The notes below the pieces were generated by a model, which had not been told where the DNA came from, ran no database searches, and saw only the letters and a program-made list of their open reading frames with translations. Both the position numbers and the translations under genes were made by a program. A stretch of DNA of 64,000 nucleotides from the NCBI GenBank assembly GCA_049322915.1, contig JBMOPW010000035.1, positions 32,001-96,000 on the forward strand, read 5' to 3'. Source of the stretch: Candidatus Zhuqueibacterota bacterium. Its GTDB lineage: Bacteria > Zhuqueibacterota > Zhuqueibacteria > Thermofontimicrobiales > Thermofontimicrobiaceae. Shown piece by piece: positions 10,573 to 21,734 of this stretch. Numbering within the stretch: position 1 is the first letter of the stretch; each line of letters opens with the position of its first letter.

Positions 10573-12139
10573 ATCGGTTAATCTCCTGCCGTCTACGAAT
10601 GGCTTCCAGCCGCATGTAGTCTTTGGCGCTGTCGTTGCGGTCAATGGTGATCTGGTCGATGGAATGATCGGTGCCGCCGGCATGGCGCACGACTTCATAA
10701 ATCGGATCCCAGACACGGCCGATGCGGTACTGCTCGGAAATGCGAAGGACCAGATCGTAATCCTCGCCATAGTTGCGGCAGTTGTCGCTGTCGTTCATGC
10801 CAAATCCACCCAATTGCTGAATCACTTTGATGTGAGCCGAGCGCGGCGCGCCGGCGCCATTGATGCGGAGGAGATTGTTGCGGCCGTTTTCCTCAGTCCA
10901 TTCATCGTGCGTTACCACAGGTATTTCTTCCATGCGGGACAGCGCGCCGGTATGTTCATCCTTTTTCCACACCTCGTAGGAGCCAACGACCATTCCGATT
11001 CGCGCATCTGAATCGAACACCTTCAATATTTTTTCAACGGCATCCGGCTTCAGCCGATCATCCGAATCCAATTGCACATAATATTTTCCGCGCGCTTCAC
11101 GAAGTCCCTTGTTCAGACAATGGCCGAGATTGTTGATATCCTCCACGATCAATTTGACCGCCGGTTTTTTCGGATCAAATTTCTCTCCGCCGGGCAGGTA
11201 GCGCTTCACGCCCTTTATCGTGGGATCGTCCGGGCCGCCATTCACCACTACAATCACTTCCACATTGGGAACCGTCTGCGCCTGCACGCTTTCGATGGCC
11301 GTGCCGATGAACTCCTCCCGATTGAACACCGGGATGACCACGCTGGCGATACATGCTTCAAACTTCTTCTCTTCCTGAGCCGAATAGGTCACCGGATGAT
11401 AGTTCTCCCCCGGGGCCAGGCAGGCGCCAATGCGCTGCAAATGCTCTGTGACAATCTTTTCCATTTCGAGCTGCACTTCTTTTCCCGCCAGCAGATAATC
11501 GAATACATTGAAACTTTTAGCAGCCGCGTGCGCGATGTAGGTGTAGCCATTCTTCGCCGCAGCAATGTGCGCCAGCCGGAATTGCGCCGCCACCTTCAAC
11601 CGCAAATCGTACAGGAAGCCAGCTTTGAAGCGCTCGTCCAGACCACCGACCTGATGCAGCACAGTCCGGGGGAACAGCCATATCGCGCCGTAATCCATAT
11701 TGTCCCGGAGGCGGCCGGGGTGATAGTCCAGCAGGTGAATATCCTTTTCCACGCCCTTGGCATCGACGAGCCGATAGTCCGAATACACCATGCCGCAATT
11801 TTTCGTCCGCTCGGCCACGTACAGAAAAGTCTCCAGCGTGCTGAGCCGGAACGTGAGCCGCGTCTGATCGTTGTTGGCCAGCATGACATAATCTCCGCCA
11901 GCCCGCTGCAGGCCGGCGTTCAGGCTGTGGGCGCGATTGGCAAAGTCCACAGGCGCATGGATGATGTTTCTTGCCTGGAGAAATTTCGGGGCAACCGCAT
12001 GCTGCCCACGTTCATCCACAACAATCAATTCCCAATTGCTGTCATTTTGGTTTTTCAAACTCTCAATGGTTTCCGCAAATGCGTCATTGTCATAGCCGAG
12101 CTTTTCATTGTACACCATTAAAATGCTGATCTTTTTCAT
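10571..12139 (-). CDS. Two-domain glycosyltransferase family 2 protein
   Basis: Start MKKISIL at 12139 with AGGAG SD; C-terminal GT2 ASVVIPVFNR, YYVQLDSDD, YGEDYD; degenerate N-terminal GT-A domain. Confidence 0.85.
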   Translation of the reverse strand: MKKISILMVYNEKLGYDNDAFAETIESLKNQNDSNWELIVVDERGQHAVAPKFLQARNIIHAPVDFANRAHSLNAGLQRAGGDYVMLANNDQTRLTFRLSTLETFLYVAERTKNCGMVYSDYRLVDAKGVEKDIHLLDYHPGRLRDNMDYGAIWLFPRTVLHQVGGLDERFKAGFLYDLRLKVAAQFRLAHIAAAKNGYTYIAHAAAKSFNVFDYLLAGKEVQLEMEKIVTEHLQRIGACLAPGENYHPVTYSAQEEKKFEACIASVVIPVFNREEFIGTAIESVQAQTVPNVEVIVVVNGGPDDPTIKGVKRYLPGGEKFDPKKPAVKLIVEDINNLGHCLNKGLREARGKYYVQLDSDDRLKPDAVEKILKVFDSDARIGMVVGSYEVWKKDEHTGALSRMEEIPVVTHDEWTEENGRNNLLRINGAGAPRSAHIKVIQQLGGFGMNDSDNCRNYGEDYDLVLRISEQYRIGRVWDPIYEVVRHAGGTDHSIDQITIDRNDSAKDYMRLEAIRRRQEINR

Positions 12140-12502
12140 GAGCCAACTCCTGTTTTGTATTGAATCTTCATTCACTTAAGTTTCGAATTCGGTCTCCCAC
12201 GTTGCGCTGAGATTCGATTCTGAAATTCATTCAGGCAGCAGTTCCGCCGCGGATCGTATCGCATTCCCCGGCGCATCATCCTTGAAATTACCGCCCTGCT
12301 TCTTTTCAAATTTTTAGCGCACTTTGGATTCGGACGCGCCACTGGAGGTTTCTTATGACCATCAGAGTAGACGCCGCGCAAAAAAAGTTTTCAAAGATAA
12401 TCGTATTTCATTAAACTTGCAAGAAAAAAATTCCCGGGGAAGGAATCGTTTTCCTGAAAGTGGTCGCCACCGACCGGCAGCCAAATATTTCAATTTTTAT
12501 CC

Positions 12503-12531
12503 TTGACATTTTACAGAAATTATCTTAATTT
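12503..12531 (+). promoter_or_regulatory. Candidate sigma-70 promoter TTGACA-N17-TAATTT for the tetraheme cytochrome gene
   Basis: Perfect -35, 17-nt spacer, TAnnnT -10, about 90 nt upstream of ATG 12622. Confidence 0.5.
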
Positions 12532-12621
12532 ATGCGCCGTTGCTGAAAGTATAAGTTGGATTCTTACCTTGAAGTTCATATCTATCTTGTATACCTTACT
12601 ATCTAACAATGGAGGAAGTTT

Positions 12622-13167
12622 ATGAAAAAAGTAGTCGTCCTTCTCATGGCAGTGGCCGTTCTGGCAATGGTTGTCAGTTCATTTGCCCAGGATGCAAAAT
12701 TCAAGTACATTGGAGTTGCAAAATGTAAGATGTGCCACAAAGGCGAGAAGAAGGGCAGCATCTTCGAAAAATGGCAGCAAACAACCCACGCAAAAGCCTA
12801 TGAAACCCTGACCACCGATGCAGCGTTGGAAGTGGCGAAAAAGGCCGGCGTGAAAGGCGAACCCCAGAATGCCAAAGAATGTCTCGTGTGCCATGTGACC
12901 GGTTACGATGCGGCGAAAGAACCGACTCTGACCCTCGAAGAAGGCAACTCCTGCGAAGCCTGCCACGGCCCAGGTTCCGAGTACAAAAGCCTGAAAATCA
13001 TGAAAGGGATTTATGACGGCACGATGAAAGGCGCTGACTATGGTCTGATTGAACCGACAAAAGAAGTCTGTGTGAAATGCCATAATCCCAAAAGCCCAAC
13101 GTACAAAGAATTCAAATTCGAAGAAGCTGTGAAGAAAATTGCTCATCCGCTTCCCAAAGCTGAATAG
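12622..13167 (+). CDS. Periplasmic tetraheme cytochrome c (c554-like family)
   Basis: Signal peptide (..SFA-QD), YIGVAKCKMCH, CLVCH, CEACHGPGS, CVKCH; GGAGG SD. Confidence 0.9.
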   Translation: MKKVVVLLMAVAVLAMVVSSFAQDAKFKYIGVAKCKMCHKGEKKGSIFEKWQQTTHAKAYETLTTDAALEVAKKAGVKGEPQNAKECLVCHVTGYDAAKEPTLTLEEGNSCEACHGPGSEYKSLKIMKGIYDGTMKGADYGLIEPTKEVCVKCHNPKSPTYKEFKFEEAVKKIAHPLPKAE

Positions 13168-13189
13168 TCGACAATTTTTTTTTAAACAT

Positions 13190-13224
13190 AAAAGCCAACC
13201 CATACCGGTGTTGGCTTTTTTTTT
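13190..13224. terminator. Intrinsic terminator, probably bidirectional
   Basis: AAAAGCCAAC...GTTGGCTTTTTTTTT between convergent genes. Confidence 0.75.
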
Positions 13225-13450
13225 AAAAGTATTTATCTGTTCGAACAGAGTTCGTTCGGGAGCAAGGCCATAAAGTTGGGAAACCGTTAAAACGGTTTCC
13301 AACATCTTGTTTTTTCAAATTCCACCCGAATGAATCGGGGTGATTTATCTGGGTAAAATCCACCGATGTTCTCTCCCCGGAATTCATGGCTCATTTTTAT
13401 AACACGCCGTCAGCCTCTCCGCGAAGCGCATTCTTTCCAACAATACTCCT

Positions 13451-16225
13451 TTATTTGTATTGGAAAATCATGGCATAAATAATCATTCCGATCAACGCAT
13501 ACCCAAACACCAGACAGCACAGGCCAAAAATGTGCGCGCCTTTAACCAGCCAGTCGGCCGGCGCTTTGCCCAATCGCTTTCTGAGCGAACCGTCCGATTT
13601 CACTATTGCATATTCGCGGGGCCGATCGTGTTTGAATTCTTCCAGCGGAATTTTACCGGTAAAAATGACCGGGTCCATGGGAAATTTCTCCGGCCGGAAA
13701 TGCGTGTTGAAGAAGTGAAATGTGAAAATGAACCCGGTCGCCAGCAATGCTTCGTCGCTGTGCACAATCGTCGCCACGTTGATCACCCAGCCGGGGATGA
13801 ATTTTGTGAAAAATTCCGGGAACCACAGGACCAGCCCGGTGAAGCCAATCATGGCCACGCCCCAGAACACCGCGAGATAATCGAATTTTTCCCAGTAGGT
13901 CCATCGCCCATATTTCGGGCGATCTTTGCCTCCGAAGAACCACTTTATCGTCTGGAAAAATTCTTTCAAATCGGTCAGCGTCGGAGCCAGGCCGGTCTCT
14001 TTATCGAACGCGAAGTTGAAGAGCGTTTTTCCGGAGCGCTTCCAGCCCCGATAGACGAAAATGAAATGCACCAAAAAGTAGAAGAATGTTAAAATCGCGC
14101 AGAACCGGTGAATCTGTCCGGCATTCTCGAATCCGCCCAACAGGTTGGCAAAAAAGACAGCCCATTGGGTGCCGGCGAATTTCAGGATCATGCCGGTCAA
14201 TGCCAGTCCGAAGAAGCTGATGATCACGATGAGATGCAGGATGCGCCACACAGGACCGAAGCGCTCGTAATAGCTTTTCGATTCAGACCGCAGCTTCTTC
14301 TGCAATTCAAACCGATAGACCAGCGACCGAGGAATCCACAGGATGGTGTGGACGCCGAAAAATAAAAACGTCCCGACCAGCAATGCTGTCATGGCCCAGA
14401 ACGTGTAGTACAGAATTGGATACTTGACGCGGTCGTGATGCGTTGCATGGGAGAGATAGCCGGTAAATTTTCGATTCGAATTGGGATGACAGGCGCGACA
14501 GGTTTCCACGACATTGGCGCGGCTCAATGTCGATTCAGGATTTTCCGGCGGCAGCACATTGTGAGCGCCGTGGCAATCAGAGCATTTGGCCGTTTTGGCC
14601 GAGCCCAATAGCGACACCTTGCCGTGATAGGTATCGAAATAGGTGCCGGTCTCTTTTTCGTGGCAGGTGCCGCATTCATCCAGAATCTGGTTTCGGAAGG
14701 AAGCATTATCGATGCGCTCCACGCGATGGGAATTGTGGCAATCATGGCAGGTGGGCAGCTTTTCATCGGTCTTTGTCACGAGCGGACTGTGAATCGATGT
14801 TTTAAATTCCTCGTAAATTCCCAGGTGACACTGTCCGCAGGTTTCGCCGATATGCGCCGGATTCACCGTCGAGGCCGAATCCGCTGCCGGCAATTCCGAA
14901 TGCGCCTTGTGACAGCTATTGCAAACCGCCGTGACCATCAAGCCGCTCTCCAGCAAGCCTTTTCCGTGAATGCTCATGGAGTAGACATTTGAAGCGTCCA
15001 CCTCGCCGGGATCCCGCCTCACAATTTCCTCGCCATCCCGATGGCAACGGCTGCACAGGGCCGGCACATTTTTCGGGAACGTCGATGAACTCAAATTCGC
15101 CTTTGGCAGGATGCCATGGTCGCCGTGGCAGTCGGCGCAGGTCGGCGCATTGGGATTCCCCGCTGCCCCGGCCATTCCGTGGCTACTCACATGATAGGCT
15201 GCGACGGCCTCAGCGTGGCAGATGGAGCAGTCCACCGGCCCGGAATCTCTGCACACCGGGTCTTTCAAATTGCTCACATTCACATGGCATTTGATGCATT
15301 CAATATTGGTCGAATGCGCGCTGCCTTTGAGCGTTTGTCTATCCACGAAGAGGGAATCGATTTTTCCATCCTTGGTCCGGACCAATCCCGGTTTGGAATG
15401 GCATCGCATGCAATATTCGTCCGTCATGGTATCTACATAGAACACGCGCCGGATTTTATGCGGGGAATGACAGTCGATGCAAGCGGGGATGACATCCGGC
15501 GACTTTTCCCAGAGTTCGCCCCGAACCACTTTCAAATGGACCTGTTCAATCAGCGCGTGGCACCGCATGCAGGTCTCGGCAATATTCTTCCGGTTGATTG
15601 AAGAACGGGAATCAGTGTGCGGCAAAATTTCGTGAGCCGTATGGCAGCTCGTGCATACCGCAGTGCCGGTCAGTCCCCGTTTGAACAGTCCCTCGCCGTG
15701 AATGGACATGGAATAATTCTGAATGATATCCTTTTCAGGAATATCATGAACTTTCACCATATCCGATCCTTCTTTATGGCAACGACCGCACATGAGCGGG
15801 ATGTTCATCACGTACGTCTGCGAGCGGGAATCCTTCGGGGATAAAATGTAATGATAGCCATGGCAGGTCAAACAGGTTGGCGCATAGGGATCGTTCCGCT
15901 CGAACGCCTGACCATGCAGACTGATTTCGTACGACTTTTGCTCGGGCTCGTGGCATTTACGGCAGTCGACTTTTTTCAACCGATCGGCGTGGGGCAGATC
16001 GTCGGGATCGACATCGTCGTGGCAGGCAATACATGCCTCCTTGCCGTGCGATGATTTTTCAAAATCGTGCTTCCTGACAAAGAGTTGCCGCACTTTGCCA
16101 TCCCGCTCCACTGTCAGCGTCGGGTCAGCATGGCAGTCCAGGCAAACCTGATTTTGATCCTGCGCAAAAACGATCAGTGGTAAAAATATCAGCGCAACCA
16201 CAAAGAGGAAAAAATTTGTTTTCAT
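13451..16225 (-). CDS. 19-heme cytochrome c fused to C-terminal cytochrome b membrane domain (CbcL-like, extended)
   Basis: Signal peptide; 19 CxxCH counted; C-terminal RILH...IHR...YWEKFDY.AVFWG...[10 protein letters not shown]...FHFF di-heme b domain. Confidence 0.9.
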   Translation of the reverse strand: MKTNFFLFVVALIFLPLIVFAQDQNQVCLDCHADPTLTVERDGKVRQLFVRKHDFEKSSHGKEACIACHDDVDPDDLPHADRLKKVDCRKCHEPEQKSYEISLHGQAFERNDPYAPTCLTCHGYHYILSPKDSRSQTYVMNIPLMCGRCHKEGSDMVKVHDIPEKDIIQNYSMSIHGEGLFKRGLTGTAVCTSCHTAHEILPHTDSRSSINRKNIAETCMRCHALIEQVHLKVVRGELWEKSPDVIPACIDCHSPHKIRRVFYVDTMTDEYCMRCHSKPGLVRTKDGKIDSLFVDRQTLKGSAHSTNIECIKCHVNVSNLKDPVCRDSGPVDCSICHAEAVAAYHVSSHGMAGAAGNPNAPTCADCHGDHGILPKANLSSSTFPKNVPALCSRCHRDGEEIVRRDPGEVDASNVYSMSIHGKGLLESGLMVTAVCNSCHKAHSELPAADSASTVNPAHIGETCGQCHLGIYEEFKTSIHSPLVTKTDEKLPTCHDCHNSHRVERIDNASFRNQILDECGTCHEKETGTYFDTYHGKVSLLGSAKTAKCSDCHGAHNVLPPENPESTLSRANVVETCRACHPNSNRKFTGYLSHATHHDRVKYPILYYTFWAMTALLVGTFLFFGVHTILWIPRSLVYRFELQKKLRSESKSYYERFGPVWRILHLIVIISFFGLALTGMILKFAGTQWAVFFANLLGGFENAGQIHRFCAILTFFYFLVHFIFVYRGWKRSGKTLFNFAFDKETGLAPTLTDLKEFFQTIKWFFGGKDRPKYGRWTYWEKFDYLAVFWGVAMIGFTGLVLWFPEFFTKFIPGWVINVATIVHSDEALLATGFIFTFHFFNTHFRPEKFPMDPVIFTGKIPLEEFKHDRPREYAIVKSDGSLRKRLGKAPADWLVKGAHIFGLCCLVFGYALIGMIIYAMIFQYK

Positions 16226-16931
16226 GTGCCAAGCCTTTTGTTTGTGAGTGGGAGCGAATTCAGCCTTTAATATAAAAATAAATTGTTTATTGTCAAGCGA
16301 ATTTTCGGGCAGCTTATCCCATTGGAAAGCGCATTCAGAAAAATCAAAAAATCGAGCGGCTTTTTTTAGAAGAAATGGTTTGAGCCACTCACCGCTGTGA
16401 ATTCAGTCCGCTTTAAATTCTCTTGTTTTTTTGAATAATCCTTCATACATTTCGGCCGTATTACATTCGCTCACCAACCCGGAAAAGCCGTTTCCCTGGC
16501 GCAAATTCGAATGCACAGGATAGTGGAACGCTGCCTTTTTCCAATTATCTGCCATTCGAATTTTTCCATCGGCTCCGCCACCCGTAATGCGATTCAGATT
16601 GTAACTGCTCAGGTATGTGTTATTGCCATAAAGACACAAGGTCATGAAGTGACACGAAGATGTCTCTTTTTTTATTCGATCAGTTAATGCGCTAATCGAT
16701 AATTTTTATTAAAACCAATGTGTAACGACTCAGGTTGGCAGGTTCAGAGTTCCGGGTTCAAGGTTAGAATCTCTTCGTTTTTTACATGTTGTAAATGAAC
16801 ATTCCTTTAAAGCCTGAACCGGGAACCATTAAACCCAGAACCCGAGCAATTACAGATTCATGTGGCTGAATAGTTACTTCAAATTCAACTGTATTGAAAT
16901 GACTCAACTCATCCATGTTATGAGGAAAATC

Positions 16932-19715
16932 ATGATGATGAAATGCTCGCCTCAGTACCTTTTTTTTCTCTTTCAAATTGCCGCATTGGGAATTATCTTT
17001 CTTGCAGTTTTGAACAGCGCGGCCCTTGCGAATCCCGCATCCAGGCCGGCAATTTCCAATGTGCGCACTGAATACAAAATCAATCCCATTGGCGTCGACG
17101 TGAGGCTCCCCCGGCTGAACTGGGAAATCACTTCTTCAGCGCGCGGCGTGAAACAGACTGCCTACCAAATCGTAGCCGCAGCGAATTCAGACGACCTGAA
17201 GCAGGGAAAAAATTTGCTGTGGGATTCCGGCAAAACGGCGTCGGATCAGTCCATTCACGTTGTCTACCAGGGCCCGGCGTTGCAGTCTGGCCAGCGGATT
17301 TACTGGCAGGTGCGCATCTGGGATGAAAGAGATCGCGTATCCGATTGGAGCAATATGGCATTCTGGGAAATGGGGCTGCTCGACCCGTCTGATTGGCGCG
17401 CGTCGTGGATTCATCCGGCCATCGAGGAAGATGCCACCAAAGCGCAGCCCTGCCCGTTCCTGAGAAAGGAATTCGAACTGGCAAAGCCGGTCAAATCGGC
17501 GCGGGCCTATGTTTCGGCGCTTGGTCTGTACGAAATGCGCGTCAATGGAAAACGCGTCGGCGATGAAGTGCTTACGCCCGGCTGGACCAGCTACAACAAA
17601 CGGCTGCAATACCAGTCCTACGACATCTCCGGTCTTTTAAAGCCCGGCCGGAACGCCATTGGCGCGATTCTCGGCGATGGCTGGTACCGCGGATTTTCCA
17701 GTTGGGATATGAAGCGAAATTTTTACGGCGACTCATTAGCGTTGCTTCTTCAGATCAAGGTGACCTTTCAGGACGGGACGTCTGAAATGATTGTCACCGA
17801 CGGGTCATGGAAATCCGCCACCGGCCCCATTCTGGAATCCGATATTTACAACGGCGAAGTGTACGATGCCCGTCTCGAAAAACCAGGCTGGAGCAATATC
17901 GGTTTCGACGACAGCGACTGGAATCCGGTGACGTTTCCCGACCATTCCAAAGACATGCTGGTGGCGTCGTACGGGCCGCCGGTGCGTCGAATTCAGGAAA
18001 TCAAACCGATCAGTCTTTTGAAAACACCGAGCGGCGAAACGGTTGTTGACATGGGGCAGAATATGGTCGGCTGGATTCGATTGAAAGTGAAAGGCCCGGC
18101 AGGGACAACAGTCAAGTTGAAGCACGCCGAAGTCCTGGACAAAGAAGGAAACCTGTACACTGAAAATCTCCGCAAGGCCAAACAGCGAATCGAGTACACC
18201 CTCAAAGGCGATACTGAAGAAATTTATGAGCCGCATTTCACGTTCATGGGATTCCGTTATGTTGCGGTCGAAGGTTATCCCGGCGAGCTTGACCTCACCA
18301 GTCTGACCGGCGTGGTCGTTCACTCCGACATGACCCCGGCTGGAAATTTCCAGTGCAGCAATCCGATGATCAATCAGCTTCAGCATAATATTCAATGGGG
18401 CCAAAAGGGCAATTTCGTGGATGTGCCCACGGATTGTCCCCAGCGCGACGAGCGCATGGGCTGGACCGGCGACGCCCAGGTGTTTGCTCCCACGGCGTGT
18501 TTCAACTATGACGCCGCATCGTTTTATACAAAATGGCTGAGAGACGTGGCCGCCGATCAATTCGAGAATGGCTCGGTCCCCCATGTGATTCCGGATGTGT
18601 TAAAGTCCGGCGGCTCCGCAGCCTGGGCCGACGCGGCGGTGATCGTTCCCTGGACGGTTTACCTGCAATACGGGGATCGACGAATTCTGGAACAGCAATA
18701 TGCCAGCATGAAAGCCTGGGTCGATTACATGAAAAGCCAGGCTGGCGAATCCTGTCTTTGGAAATCCGGCGGCCATTTCGGCGACTGGTTGGCCTTTGCG
18801 ACCAACCGTTCCGACTATCCCGGGGCCACAACCGAAAAAGACCTCATCGCCAATGCCTATTTCGCGCGCTCGACCCACATTGTCCAGCGAACAGCAGCCC
18901 TTTTGGACCGAACTGAAGATGCTGAATATTATGCCCGGTTAGCCGAGAAGGTAAAGCAGGCGTTCCAGCAGGAATACATCACGCCGAACGGGAGAATTGT
19001 TTCCAACACGCAGACCGCGTTTTCATTGGCATTGGAATTCGATTTGTACCCGGAATCCTTGAAACAGCGAGCGGCCCGGTTTTTGGCCGACGATGTGGAA
19101 AAATTTAAACATATCACGACCGGATTTGTCGGCTCTCCGCTGCTCTGCGACGCGCTCCGGGATAACGGATACATCGATTTGGTCTACATGCTTTTGAATC
19201 GGACAGATTATCCTTCGTGGCTGTACCCGATAACAAAGGGCGCGACCACTATCTGGGAGCGATGGGATGGCATCAAGCCGGACGGCAGTTTCCAGGACGC
19301 CGGCATGAATTCATTCAATCATTACGCTTACGGCGCTATCGGCGATTGGATGTATCGGGAGATTGCCGGCATTCAGATCGATCCCTCAGCGCCAGGCTAC
19401 AAACATTGTATTTTCCAGCCCCGGCCGGGCGGGAATCTTACTTCTGCGTCAGCGGAACATCATTCAATGTACGGGAAAATTCAGTCCGCCTGGAAGATCG
19501 ATGGTATAAATTTCGCGCTGACCATCTCCATCCCACCGAACACCAGCGGGACAGTTATGCTCCCGAACGCCAGACTCGATCTGGTCACTGAAAATGGGAA
19601 GCGGCTTTCTGATGTGGACGGAATTACAAATTTCTCAGAAGCACAAAATGCAGTTCGCGTCGAACTCGGTTCCGGCAATTACCTGTTTCAATATCAATGG
19701 AAAAATACAAATTAA
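16932..19715 (+). CDS. Alpha-L-rhamnosidase, glycoside hydrolase family 78, secreted
   Basis: PTDCPQRDERMGWTGD, GATTIWERW, MNSFNHYAYG; start re-set to ATG 16932 after GAGGA, then a signal-like stretch. Confidence 0.92.
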   Translation: MMMKCSPQYLFFLFQIAALGIIFLAVLNSAALANPASRPAISNVRTEYKINPIGVDVRLPRLNWEITSSARGVKQTAYQIVAAANSDDLKQGKNLLWDSGKTASDQSIHVVYQGPALQSGQRIYWQVRIWDERDRVSDWSNMAFWEMGLLDPSDWRASWIHPAIEEDATKAQPCPFLRKEFELAKPVKSARAYVSALGLYEMRVNGKRVGDEVLTPGWTSYNKRLQYQSYDISGLLKPGRNAIGAILGDGWYRGFSSWDMKRNFYGDSLALLLQIKVTFQDGTSEMIVTDGSWKSATGPILESDIYNGEVYDARLEKPGWSNIGFDDSDWNPVTFPDHSKDMLVASYGPPVRRIQEIKPISLLKTPSGETVVDMGQNMVGWIRLKVKGPAGTTVKLKHAEVLDKEGNLYTENLRKAKQRIEYTLKGDTEEIYEPHFTFMGFRYVAVEGYPGELDLTSLTGVVVHSDMTPAGNFQCSNPMINQLQHNIQWGQKGNFVDVPTDCPQRDERMGWTGDAQVFAPTACFNYDAASFYTKWLRDVAADQFENGSVPHVIPDVLKSGGSAAWADAAVIVPWTVYLQYGDRRILEQQYASMKAWVDYMKSQAGESCLWKSGGHFGDWLAFATNRSDYPGATTEKDLIANAYFARSTHIVQRTAALLDRTEDAEYYARLAEKVKQAFQQEYITPNGRIVSNTQTAFSLALEFDLYPESLKQRAARFLADDVEKFKHITTGFVGSPLLCDALRDNGYIDLVYMLLNRTDYPSWLYPITKGATTIWERWDGIKPDGSFQDAGMNSFNHYAYGAIGDWMYREIAGIQIDPSAPGYKHCIFQPRPGGNLTSASAEHHSMYGKIQSAWKIDGINFALTISIPPNTSGTVMLPNARLDLVTENGKRLSDVDGITNFSEAQNAVRVELGSGNYLFQYQWKNTN

Positions 19716-19730
19716 CGAGGAACGAAATTC

Positions 19731-21140
19731 ATGCCAGGAAAAAATATTGTCAACCATCTGAACGCTGTGGTAGAATTTGAGCGGACGCCGGTGCCGCCTG
19801 AAAAATGGAAAGGCTGGAGCAAATTCATCGGGATGTACGCCGGGGAGCACACAGCCGGGACAGAATTTGTGATTGGGCCGATGTTCGTTGCTCACGGAAT
19901 CGGCGCCAGCGATTTGCTGCTCGGCCTTTTAGCCGGCAATTTATTGGCGGTGTTAAGCTGGGCGTTTCTGTGCGCGCCCATCGCAACGAAGACGCGCCTG
20001 ACGCTCTATTACTCGCTGGAAAAAATCTGCGGCGTAAAGCTGACAAGAATTTACGACGCTGTGAACGGACTGATGTTTTGCTTTTTGGCCGGCGCGATGA
20101 TCGCTGTTTCCGCCACGGCTGTGGGGATTCCGTTCAATTTAACCATGCCCTCACTGAGCGACTGGCTGCCCAACAGCGTCGGCTGGGTCATCGCTGTGCT
20201 GCTGATTGGCGCTGCCACAACGATCGTCGCAGCGTTTGGGTACGACCATGTTTCGCGGTTCGCCAATATCGCTGCGCCGTGGATGATCCTCGTATTCATC
20301 GCGGCTGCCATCGCCATTCTGCCGAATTTGGGTGTGCATTCGCCGTCGGATTTCTGGACAGTCGCCAACGAAAAAATCTGGACCGGCGTACCTCTGGCCG
20401 GGTATAGCAAATTTACATTCTGGCACGTCATGTTCTTCGCCTGGTTCTGCAACATGGCCATGCATATCGGCATGTCCGACCTGTCGATTTTGCGCTACGC
20501 CAAAAAATGGCACCACGGCTTTTCCTCCGCGGCCGGCATGTTTGTGGGACATTACATCGCCTGGGTGGCGTCGGGAATTCTCTATTCACTGTTTTTACTG
20601 GAATCAAATTACAGCTTCGAATTTGCCCCGGGTCCAATCGCGTACCGCGCGGCCGGAATTGCCGGCCTCGTCTGCGTCATCCTCGCCGGCTGGACGACCG
20701 CCAATCCGACGATTTATCGGGCCGGTCTGGCCTTGCAGGCCATGAAGCCCACATGGAAAACGTGGAAAGTAACATTTCTGGTCGGAACGATCACCAGCCT
20801 CGCCGCCTGCTTTCCGGCCCTGGTTATGAAACTACTGGACTTTGTCGCGCTGTACGGGTTGCTGCTCATGCCCATGGGCGCCATCATTTTGATGGACTTT
20901 TACATCATCCCAAAAATCGGATTGAAACAAAATTTCTCTGAAGCGTTTGGAAGATCATTCAACATGGCCGCGGCGCTCACCTGGGTGATTTGTCTCGGCT
21001 TCTGCTTATTTCTGAATTTGTATTATAAAGTCGAAATTTTCTTTTTGGGCCTGCCCGGCTGGTTTGTGGCGGCTGCATTGTATTTGATATTCAGTAAATT
21101 TGTCCAAAAAAACTATGTGAAAAGGAGCGTCGGATTGTGA
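19731..21140 (+). CDS. Purine-cytosine permease (NCS1-like) family transporter
   Basis: YAGEHTAGTEFVIGP, AGWTTANPTIYRAGLA; about 12 TM segments. Confidence 0.75.
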   Translation: MPGKNIVNHLNAVVEFERTPVPPEKWKGWSKFIGMYAGEHTAGTEFVIGPMFVAHGIGASDLLLGLLAGNLLAVLSWAFLCAPIATKTRLTLYYSLEKICGVKLTRIYDAVNGLMFCFLAGAMIAVSATAVGIPFNLTMPSLSDWLPNSVGWVIAVLLIGAATTIVAAFGYDHVSRFANIAAPWMILVFIAAAIAILPNLGVHSPSDFWTVANEKIWTGVPLAGYSKFTFWHVMFFAWFCNMAMHIGMSDLSILRYAKKWHHGFSSAAGMFVGHYIAWVASGILYSLFLLESNYSFEFAPGPIAYRAAGIAGLVCVILAGWTTANPTIYRAGLALQAMKPTWKTWKVTFLVGTITSLAACFPALVMKLLDFVALYGLLLMPMGAIILMDFYIIPKIGLKQNFSEAFGRSFNMAAALTWVICLGFCLFLNLYYKVEIFFLGLPGWFVAAALYLIFSKFVQKNYVKRSVGL

Positions 21141-21316
21141 GGATATTTTATATTTTCATTTCGATCATCGGATTAGCCTTGACGCTGTTGCCTTCCGTAC
21201 TCGTGTTTTTCGGAAAAATTCAGTTCGAATACCACAGAACCCTGATGCTGGTTGGCACTCTGCTGTGGTTCATTGCAGCGCCCCTGTGGATGAAGCGAGA
21301 GACGAACAACGTGTAA
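21137..21316 (+). CDS. Small two-TM membrane protein, 59 aa (not in ORF track)
   Basis: GTG start overlapping the permease stop (GTGA), AAAGGAG SD at 21121-21127; MRIFYIFISIIGLALTLLPSVLVFFGKIQFEYHRTLMLVGTLLWFIAAPLWMKRETNNV. Confidence 0.7.
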   Translation: MRIFYIFISIIGLALTLLPSVLVFFGKIQFEYHRTLMLVGTLLWFIAAPLWMKRETNNV

Positions 21317-21734
21317 TGTCTCTTCGCTGTGCAGCAGTCGCTGCCACCAAATTTTTTTTCTGAAAATTTACTGTTTGAATGTATAGTAATTTCAGAGTGT
21401 TGATAGGAAGCCACTAAAAATAAGTCGCGCGATCCATGGACTGCTTTTTTGAGCGGCAGCCTTGTTAGATGCATCGCTGATCGGGCAGTATGTATCCACC
21501 AAACCAGAGGAGACATACCACACGGATGATACGGGTTTTCTCAAGTGCGAGCTTTGTGGTAAAAATTCTTTTGCACAAAAACCAAAGAATTAACTTGTTA
21601 TACTATAGACCCTGGGTGAATAAATTCGCTGAATCGATTGCGTATACCTTTTTTATAAAATGAGAGTCCCCCCTTCTGTTTTCTCGAATAAAAAAAGTCT
21701 GAGCAACCCTGGAGACAATCAATCAAGGTGCGGA

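Noticed and set aside
11072..12121. 349-aa plus-strand ORF and other long antisense or alternate-frame ORFs (e.g. 17805-18584, 32577-33293, 51113-51916)
   Set aside because: They overlap well-supported genes and show no recognisable motifs; treated as shadow ORFs
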